10,995 nt of DNA from Fidelibacterota bacterium (GTDB lineage: Bacteria > Fidelibacterota > Fidelibacteria > Fidelibacterales > Fidelibacteraceae). Shown here piece by piece: positions 1-6,378 of this stretch; the stretch's first letter is position 1, and each line of letters opens with the position of its first letter. The position numbers and the translations under genes are program-made. A model generated the notes under the pieces. It saw nothing but the letters and a program-made list of their open reading frames with translations. It made no database searches and was not told where the DNA came from. Location of the stretch: contig JAYEOX010000023.1 in the NCBI GenBank assembly GCA_034723415.1, positions 1 through 10,995 on the forward strand, in the 5' to 3' direction.

Positions 1-44
1 TATTATTTAAATATCCAATAATCAACATGGGATTTTGAATGATG

Positions 45-93
45 TTTGATATTTGAAACTTGAAACTGGAAATTGGGAATCGGAAAACGAAGA
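45..93. repeat. Degenerate 7-bp tandem repeat
   Basis: tttgata tttgaaa cttgaaa ctggaaa ttgggaa tcggaaa acgaaga. Confidence 0.75.
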
Positions 94-120
94 ACAATTA
101 CGAATTTAGTAAAGAACAAA

Positions 121-209
121 AAACTACGAAGTAGTTTAATTTTAATAACTACCGATGAAATCGGCAGAGAACGAATATATTTCAATCTACGCTAACTACA
201 AAGTAGTTA
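121..209. repeat. Three-hairpin REP-like dispersed element, copy 1 (GAA/AAA loops on + strand)
   Basis: aaactac-GAA-gtagttt (121-137); linker aattttaataa; ctaccgat-GAA-atcggcag (149-167); taactac-AAA-gtagtta (193-209). Confidence 0.8.
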
Positions 210-288
210 AATAAAAATAACTATGGACTTAGTCAATTCTGAGCAGAAAATAGCGAAGTCAGTTTTTAATTTTTGATTAAGGAAGACA

Positions 289-316
289 CTTGATATTAGT
301 AATTTGAAACTTGAGA
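289..316. repeat. Degenerate 7-bp tandem repeat
   Basis: cttgata ttagtaa tttgaaa cttgaga. Confidence 0.55.
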
Positions 317-367
317 ATTTCATGTTGGAAATTCTTAATTGATTAAAAATCGAATATTCAATAATAA

Positions 368-391
368 CTTTGCATCTTGGCGACTTTGCGT
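368..391. repeat. 8-bp triplet just past the SDR stop codon
   Basis: ctttgcat cttggcga ctttgcgt. Confidence 0.7.
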
Positions 392-400
392 GAGGTTTTT

Positions 401-1177
401 TTATTCTTCCGTATTAAGTTTTGCAGCTAATTTCCTACCAAAATAATCAAAAAGAAAATTAGGAAGATTGCGAGCAAACCAACCGACAAATATCATCGGT
501 TTTGGAAATGTAAATCGTTTCTTCTTTTTAGAAATTGCATTAAAAATCATTGTTGCAGCATCATTTGGAGTTGTTAAAAATGGTTTTGGATTGTTCTTTT
601 CTTGTGTCATTGGTGTATCAACAAATCCGGGACGAATATCTGTAATATCAATTTTATAATTTCCTAAAGATACTCTTAGTCCTTCTAAATAAGTTGTAAT
701 TCCGGCTTTTGTTGCACTATATACTCCCGCATTTGGCATTCCACGAAATCCTGCTATACTTGAGACACCAACGATATGTCCGCTATTTCGTTTGATCATC
801 TTTTGCACAAAATATTCTATCATAATGATTGCAGATGTAAAATTGAGATCGATCATTTTTTGTGCTTCTTTTATGTTGTTATTTCCGTTATAAAACAATC
901 TTGAGCTATATCCCGCATTGACAATCAGCAGGTCAATTCCTCCGGATTGATTCTCAATATTTTTGGAAATTTCAAGCATTTGTTCAGTGTCTGAAAGATT
1001 ACAAGTAATTGAATTAGCATCTCCGCCATTATTTTTAATTTCTTTAACAATTTTATTTAATTTATCTGTGGAACGAGCCATTAACCAAAGTGTATTTTCC
1101 TCATTCCCATATTTCAAAGCCAATGCTTTACCAATACCTGTACTTGCTCCGGTTATTATAATTTGTTTTTTTGTCAT
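401..1177 (-). CDS. Short-chain dehydrogenase/reductase (SDR) family NAD(P)-dependent oxidoreductase
   Basis: 258 aa ORF with TGASTGIG cofactor motif, NAG motif, SSIAG catalytic Ser, YSATK (YxxxK) and PGFVDT; AAGGAG Shine-Dalgarno on the minus strand at 1188-1193. Confidence 0.95.
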   Translation of the reverse strand: MTKKQIIITGASTGIGKALALKYGNEENTLWLMARSTDKLNKIVKEIKNNGGDANSITCNLSDTEQMLEISKNIENQSGGIDLLIVNAGYSSRLFYNGNNNIKEAQKMIDLNFTSAIIMIEYFVQKMIKRNSGHIVGVSSIAGFRGMPNAGVYSATKAGITTYLEGLRVSLGNYKIDITDIRPGFVDTPMTQEKNNPKPFLTTPNDAATMIFNAISKKKKRFTFPKPMIFVGWFARNLPNFLFDYFGRKLAAKLNTEE

Positions 1178-1264
1178 TTGATTATTTCTCCTTAATTGTA
1201 TATTTAAATTAATGATTTAAATTATAAAATGAAATATTTTTGTTGGATAATTGGTTGATTTACT

Positions 1265-1344
1265 AAACTTCTGAAGTTTTGGGTTGTTATATCCACAATA
1301 ATTTTAATTTTTTTGTATTTTTTCATTTTAAACTTCGGAAGTTT
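1265..1344. repeat. Pair of 15-bp palindromes AAACTTC-N-GAAGTTT in the divergent SDR/rsmI spacer
   Basis: aaacttc-t-gaagttt (1265-1279) and aaacttc-g-gaagttt (1330-1344), 65 bp apart start to start. Confidence 0.8.
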
Positions 1345-1390
1345 AATTAAAAATTATGAATATTTAACAGAAAATCATTATATTACAAAT

Positions 1391-2080
1391 ATGGAAATTT
1401 TAAATAAAACATTATATATTGTCGCCACTCCAATAGGGAATCTTGATGATATAACTTTTCGTGCAATTGATGTATTGAAACAAGTTGATATTATCGCTTG
1501 TGAAGATAAAAGAATTACCGTAAGAATTTTGAAAAAGTACGATATTCCAAATAAGGAATTAATCAGTCATCATAAACATAACAAATTAAAAAGTATTCCT
1601 AAAATAATAGAAAAATTAAATTCGGGAAAATCTGTTGCATATCTTTCCGACGCAGGCACTCCGGGGATAAGTGATCCCGGAAATTTCTTGATCGAAAAAG
1701 TAATTGAAGAAAATATTTCTGTTGTACCGATTCCGGGTGTTTCGTCTTTGACAACATTAATTTCCGTATCTGATATTCCTACGAATCAATTTCATTTTGA
1801 AGGGTTTTTGCCACATAAAAAGGGAAGACATACACGGCTTCTAGAAATGGCGAATTTGAAAGAGCCGATCATTGTTTTGGAATCTACACACAGAATTATT
1901 AAATTTTTGAATGAAGTTTTAGAATATTGTGGAAATAGAAATATTATTGTAGGCAGAGAATTGACAAAATATTATGAGACGATATTTCGTGGAAATGTTT
2001 CAAACAGCATTGAATATTTTACAAAAAATTCAACAAAAGGCGAATTCACAATTTTAATTTCAGATAAAATGGGACAATAA
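1391..2080 (+). CDS. rsmI: 16S rRNA (cytidine1402-2'-O)-methyltransferase
   Basis: Motifs LYIVATPIGNLDDIT, IACED, SDAGTPGISDPG, PIPG, FEGFLP, RELTK, KGEF. Start moved from the ORF-track TTG at 1313 to ATG 1391 because family similarity begins a few residues later. Confidence 0.95.
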   Translation: MEILNKTLYIVATPIGNLDDITFRAIDVLKQVDIIACEDKRITVRILKKYDIPNKELISHHKHNKLKSIPKIIEKLNSGKSVAYLSDAGTPGISDPGNFLIEKVIEENISVVPIPGVSSLTTLISVSDIPTNQFHFEGFLPHKKGRHTRLLEMANLKEPIIVLESTHRIIKFLNEVLEYCGNRNIIVGRELTKYYETIFRGNVSNSIEYFTKNSTKGEFTILISDKMGQ

Positions 2081-2145
2081 AAATACACGAGAAAATAATA
2101 AATAATAACAATCATAAATTTTAAACAAATAAATTTGGGGAAAAA

Positions 2146-2772
2146 ATGTCAATAAAAGTAATTCAACATCCACTGATAGAACATAAAATGAGTTTACTCC
2201 GAAGGAATGATACAAGTATTTATCAGTTTAGAGAATTGGTAAAAGAAATTACAATTTTTTTAACATACGAAGCATTGAAAAATTTGGAAACACACGAATA
2301 TCAGATTGATACTTGGCAAGGACAAATTACAGCAAATAAAATATCAGGAAAAAAACTTGCTGTTGTTCCGATATTAAGAGCTGGATTTGGAATGTTGAAT
2401 GGTGTTTTGGAAGTAATTCCATCTGCGAGAGTTGGTGTGGTTGGAGTTTATAGAGATAAAAAAACACTTATGCCAATTGAATATTACAAAAAATTCAATG
2501 ATGATATTAGCAGTAGAAGTGTGTTAATTGTCGATCCAATGTTAGCAACCGGTAATTCAATGAAAGCAGTTATTGAAATGGTAAAAAATGAAGGATGTAA
2601 AGAGATAAAGGCAATTTGTATTGTAGCCGCTCCGGAAGGTGTAAAGAATATTACTGAAAATCATAACGATGTTGAATTATTTACTTCAGCATTAGATAGT
2701 CATTTAAATGAAGATGGATATATTATCCCAGGTCTCGGAGATGCAGGAGATAAAATATTCGGAACAAAATAA
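2146..2772 (+). CDS. upp: Uracil phosphoribosyltransferase
   Basis: 208 aa; HPLIEHK, VPILRAG, PRPP-binding VDPMLATGNS, C-terminal GYIIPGLGDAGDKIFGTK. Confidence 0.98.
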   Translation: MSIKVIQHPLIEHKMSLLRRNDTSIYQFRELVKEITIFLTYEALKNLETHEYQIDTWQGQITANKISGKKLAVVPILRAGFGMLNGVLEVIPSARVGVVGVYRDKKTLMPIEYYKKFNDDISSRSVLIVDPMLATGNSMKAVIEMVKNEGCKEIKAICIVAAPEGVKNITENHNDVELFTSALDSHLNEDGYIIPGLGDAGDKIFGTK

Positions 2773-2846
2773 TTTTTTATTTAGAGATTTTTTTAAAAAT
2801 AATTAAATTTAGTCAAATTAAAAAAGGCGAAAACCGAGGAAAGAAA

Positions 2847-3698
2847 ATGAAAGGAAAGATTTTAGTTATGTTTTTGATTGCTATGTTTCTGTTTATTTCT
2901 TGTGGACAACAAAATGTTGACAAGAAATATTCTGTAGAAGATCTTGGTAGTTTAAAAGATGGTTACTTTGTTCAAGAAAGTATTGACATGTCAAAATATG
3001 ATTCTGAAAACATAGTGAGAGCAAAAATTGATGGTAAGTGGCAAGAATATGAAACGGTAAATGTTCCCGATGCATTTATAGAATGGGATTGGGGTGCAAG
3101 ATTGCAAACTATGGATAGATTTAGAAATCATCAACCACCGAAGTGGGCAGGTCCGCATAATGGTATAGTTGCAACTTATGGTGCAATGCGAAAAGATACT
3201 CAATTCAAATTAAATAATGCAGTAAAAGGAATGGGATTCCTTCCCAAAAAAGAAAAGATTAAAGAGATGATGCAAATGTTGAAAGATACTGATGATAATT
3301 CTTTTACAGCAAAACTTGATACACTTACTTCAATCTATAATCATGGTAGAGATATTTTTGATTTGAATAAACAATTGTCATTAGAACTATATTCTAATCC
3401 AAATTTTATAACACAATCATTTTTGAATCAATTAATAAATCCTATTTCTACAATTGTATTTTTAGATGCTAAAAGTTATAAATTAAAAACTATTGCACAA
3501 TTAATAGATCCGGCAAATCCAAATCTAACTGATTATGAAAAAGATGTAGTTGAATATGTCAATTTAATTCACAGTTATTTTCATGGAGAATTCTCAATAA
3601 AATTTATCGGAGTTATCTATCATATTATTGAAGTTTATGATAATTCACCGGGAGATAAAGATGCAAGGGGCACAAGAATGATGCCAAAGTTGCCATAA
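2847..3698 (+). CDS. Uncharacterised lipoprotein; C-terminal part possibly a pyridoxamine 5'-phosphate oxidase-like (FMN split-barrel) domain
   Basis: 283 aa ORF, GAGGAA RBS at 2836-2841, hydrophobic leader ending FISC (Cys19 lipobox). The domain guess is from recalled similarity of LNNAVKGMGFLPK..E, LSLEL, NP..TIVF, HSYFH and was not verified by search. Confidence 0.75.
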   Translation: MKGKILVMFLIAMFLFISCGQQNVDKKYSVEDLGSLKDGYFVQESIDMSKYDSENIVRAKIDGKWQEYETVNVPDAFIEWDWGARLQTMDRFRNHQPPKWAGPHNGIVATYGAMRKDTQFKLNNAVKGMGFLPKKEKIKEMMQMLKDTDDNSFTAKLDTLTSIYNHGRDIFDLNKQLSLELYSNPNFITQSFLNQLINPISTIVFLDAKSYKLKTIAQLIDPANPNLTDYEKDVVEYVNLIHSYFHGEFSIKFIGVIYHIIEVYDNSPGDKDARGTRMMPKLP

Positions 3699-3722
3699 CA
3701 AGTGGTTAGTTAAGTTAGTAAA

Positions 3723-3750
3723 TTAGAAATTTGAAATTCGTTATTCGTAA
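3723..3750. repeat. Degenerate 7-bp tandem repeat
   Basis: ttagaaa tttgaaa ttcgtta ttcgtaa. Confidence 0.6.
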
Positions 3751-3758
3751 TTAATTCC

Positions 3759-3822
3759 ACCCTTTCAGGGTTTGTTTTATTGTTTTATTCAATTTTTTAT
3801 AATAATATCAATCCTTCGGATT
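3759..3822. repeat. Two-hairpin variant of the REP-like element (opposite orientation)
   Basis: accct-TTC-agggt (3759-3771) and aatcc-TTC-ggatt (3810-3822), the latter preceded by taataatatc. Confidence 0.6.
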
Positions 3823-3826
3823 TTTT

Positions 3827-3868
3827 AACCCGGAGCCCGAACCCCGTAATCCGTATCTCGTAACCCGC
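3827..3868. repeat. GC-rich degenerate 7-bp tandem repeat (about AACCCGT x6)
   Basis: aacccgg agcccga accccgt aatccgt atctcgt aacccgc. Confidence 0.85.
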
Positions 3869-3911
3869 AATCGTAATTGGATATTCCGTGTTGGATATTG
3901 GAAATTTTATA

Positions 3912-3953
3912 TTTGACATTTGATACTTGAAATGCGAAATCGGAAATTGGAAT
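3912..3953. repeat. Degenerate 7-bp tandem repeat, same family as 45-93
   Basis: tttgaca tttgata cttgaaa tgcgaaa tcggaaa ttggaat. Confidence 0.75.
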
Positions 3954-4013
3954 TCACTTCTCACGTTTCATAAATCAAAAATCGTTAATCTGTGTTCGAT
4001 ATTCAAAATTTTT

Positions 4014-4071
4014 TTCCGGTTTCTGGTTCCTGACTTGTGAAATGCGTAGCATTATTTTATTGGGTTCTGTC
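4014..4071. repeat. 7-bp tract (about TTCTGGT) interrupted by a 30-bp hairpin-containing segment
   Basis: ttccggt ttctggt tcctgac [4035-4064, containing aatgc-GTA-gcatt] ttctgtc. Confidence 0.6.
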
Positions 4072-4084
4072 TTTCCATAAAAAA

Positions 4085-4110
4085 ATCCACATAATCCGTG
4101 AAGATCCGTG
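4085..4110. repeat. 9/10-bp triplet just past the PorV/PorQ-like stop codon
   Basis: atccacata atccgtgaag atccgtg. Confidence 0.7.
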
Positions 4111-4120
4111 TTCTAAATCT

Positions 4121-5020
4121 TTAGTTTAACTCCTTTACCGAATAAGAAATCCCAAGTGAAGTTGTTCTGCCTAGAGCTCCGTAGTTATATAATGATAAAC
4201 CGATATTGATATTATTATACAAATATGTAGCTCCAATTGACAAACCGGCAAAAATATCGGCAGCCCCAAGATTTTGTGCCTGTAAATTAAATCTTTGGAA
4301 ATTCATTCCCGTCAGTAGATTGAAGTTTTTGGAAATGCAAAATAATCCACCTATAGAAATGTTTTTATAGTCAAATTTATCATCATACAATCTGTAATCA
4401 ATATTTATTCTTAATGGTAAATGTTCCAATTGATGTGAAAATGCAATTCGCCAAGTAGAATTATTCTCTAAAGGAAACGAGGTTTTTACTATTCCCAAGG
4501 AATTTATTTTATCATCTGTGCTGAGTAACATTCCATATTGATAATTTACAGTGGAATAATTTGAATCGGCAATTGAATTCGTTAAATAAATTATATTTGT
4601 TCCTAATGATAAATGATTTGAAATATGAATTGCATAACCAAATAGATATTGAGATTGGGAAGCGTTAAATGTATTCGTTAAATTCCCATATTCATCTCTT
4701 CCATCAAATGTGCCATAATTTTCATAATTAATACCGAAACTGAAATAATGTTTTTTTCCATATCTAAATCTTGAGGAAATTTCAGATATTCTGATATCAT
4801 GCAATATTGCAATATTTGTTGAAACACTATATTTGAAATCATTATTTAATGCCGGATTGATCCAAAAAGAATTTGGAAAATAATCTGTTGAGCCGCCGGA
4901 TTGTCCCATTCCCCAGTATTGATTAATGCCGTAATTTTCGTAATTATTTGTTTGACCATAAAGCGATGACAAAACAAAAAATAAAATTATAATTATAATA
5001 TGGATGATTTTTTTCCTCAT
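4121..5020 (-). CDS. Outer-membrane beta-barrel protein, PorV/PorQ-like
   Basis: Signal peptide MRKKIIHIIIIILFFVLSSLYG from the ATG at 5020 (the ORF-track start at 5131 overlaps the upstream gene); MG..GG...FWINPA; YGTFDGRDEYGNLTNTFNA motif recalled from PorV/PorQ-like proteins; alternating beta-strand pattern ending LGISY. Confidence 0.7.
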   Translation of the reverse strand: MRKKIIHIIIIILFFVLSSLYGQTNNYENYGINQYWGMGQSGGSTDYFPNSFWINPALNNDFKYSVSTNIAILHDIRISEISSRFRYGKKHYFSFGINYENYGTFDGRDEYGNLTNTFNASQSQYLFGYAIHISNHLSLGTNIIYLTNSIADSNYSTVNYQYGMLLSTDDKINSLGIVKTSFPLENNSTWRIAFSHQLEHLPLRINIDYRLYDDKFDYKNISIGGLFCISKNFNLLTGMNFQRFNLQAQNLGAADIFAGLSIGATYLYNNINIGLSLYNYGALGRTTSLGISYSVKELN

Positions 5021-5105
5021 AATTTTTGGTTTTGTAAAATAATTTATGTTATTCATTGTATATTTCATATTAACAAATATAAGGTTTTTATAAGTAATGA
5101 AAAAA

Positions 5106-6035
5106 TTATTTTTTATTTTCTTCAGGTTCATTATTTAGAATTTCATAAAATTCATCATCTTCCCACCGTTTTAATGTTTTTCTATTACGGATTTTTACGA
5201 TCACCCAGGCAAGCAAAACTAAAATTGGTAAAAATATCCAAATCAGAGAATTAACATCGATCAGTACATAAAATTTATATCTCTTATGTGCCCAAATGTT
5301 CCAATAGCTTTCAAATTCTTTTAATGAAAAATGGTAGGCATTTTTAAAAGCTGTTTCAATTTTTTGATCTTCATTTAGCAATATCAAGAATCGTTTATAT
5401 GACTTATCTCCAAATTCTTCGATGAGAAATTTAAACGCAGAAACACTTTGTGCATAAGCTAAATTTGCTTTTTTGGAATTGAATTTTAATATATCATCAA
5501 TTTTATTCAAGCTTATATAATCACTATATAACAAGATGCGTCCCAACAATATTTTTTTCTGAAGATCAAATTGTTCAGCTTCATATTGCGCCATTCCTTC
5601 ATTTATCCAGCGTGGGAAATATTTATCCTTTATTAAAGGTTCCAATGCAATATGTATCATTTCATGAATGATCGTTTGTCTCAATTCCGGTAAATATTGT
5701 TTGCTGAAAGTTGGACTTTTTACAATTATTTTTCTACTTGGATATTTTGCTGCAGCAACAGCCCAATTTGGAAAGTCACTATTAAATTCTTTTTTGAATT
5801 GGTTTTCTGAATCCATGATTATTACTTGAAAATTATTAATATCTATATTATATTTTTTTTTCATTCGTAGTATTTCTAATTTAATTTCTTTTACTAATAT
5901 TTGTTCTATTCTTTCATCTTGCTTTTGGTAGATTATTGTGAAATCATTATATTCTTTTGTTATGCTGAATAAATTGATACTGAAAATCATTAATAATGTG
6001 AGTGCTGATATAAGATATTTTCTTGAAATTAACAA
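5106..6035 (-). CDS. Exported, membrane-anchored zinc metallopeptidase (clan MA/gluzincin, peptidase MA-like domain)
   Basis: HEMIH (HExxH) followed by PRWINEGMAQY (third ligand E), LAYAQS motif, N-terminal signal peptide, C-terminal hydrophobic helix LIWIFLPILVLLAWVIV plus basic stop-transfer; TTG start with GAGGAA upstream. Confidence 0.85.
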   Translation of the reverse strand: MLISRKYLISALTLLMIFSINLFSITKEYNDFTIIYQKQDERIEQILVKEIKLEILRMKKKYNIDINNFQVIIMDSENQFKKEFNSDFPNWAVAAAKYPSRKIIVKSPTFSKQYLPELRQTIIHEMIHIALEPLIKDKYFPRWINEGMAQYEAEQFDLQKKILLGRILLYSDYISLNKIDDILKFNSKKANLAYAQSVSAFKFLIEEFGDKSYKRFLILLNEDQKIETAFKNAYHFSLKEFESYWNIWAHKRYKFYVLIDVNSLIWIFLPILVLLAWVIVKIRNRKTLKRWEDDEFYEILNNEPEENKK

Positions 6036-6378
6036 ATCAAATATTCCTCAAATCACCAATAAAAAATTTCTGGAAATTCGTTTGTTTAGAAAATTTAATA
6101 TATTTATAATTTTTTAAATTATATTGTATTATTAATTTGTCTGATAAAAATTTTACTGTAATATTTTGTTTTTCCACTTTTAAACATACCTTTTATTAAA
6201 TTCAAACGAAGAGAAATATATTAATAATCAATTTAAAAAATACAATTTAATTTTTAAAACAAAAAGATTTTATATATTTATTTTTGGATAATTAATAATT
6301 GCAATTTTTATTAAATATTCTTAAACTTATTATGTGTAGAGATGAAAACATAGTAAGAATAAAAAAAGGAGTAATTTT

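Noticed and set aside
3..185. 60-aa minus-strand ORF
   Set aside because: It runs through heptamer and hairpin repeats (FPIPNFQFQVSNIK reflects the 7-bp period), has a non-ATG start and no recognisable motif
122..223. CRISPR-like geometry (30-bp repeat, 72-bp period)
   Set aside because: Only two imperfect copies, the putative spacer contains a conserved hairpin, and there are no cas genes in the window
223..276. 17-codon ATG ORF right after the hairpin element
   Set aside because: Too short, no RBS, and the ATG is part of the repeat (aataactATGg)
1289..1297. DnaA-box-like atatccaca
   Set aside because: Single 8/9 match in AT-rich DNA, with no cluster of boxes
1313..1390. N-terminal extension of RsmI in the ORF track
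   Set aside because: TTG start within a T-run, overlaps a palindrome and has no family similarity; ATG 1391 fits better
5021..5131. 37-aa N-terminal extension of the PorV/PorQ-like ORF
   Set aside because: Overlaps the upstream gene and would bury the signal peptide that starts at 5020
6036..6378. Long divergent AT-rich spacer, possible promoters or ncRNA
   Set aside because: Many -10-like hexamers arise by chance at this composition; no convincing structure or repeat was seen
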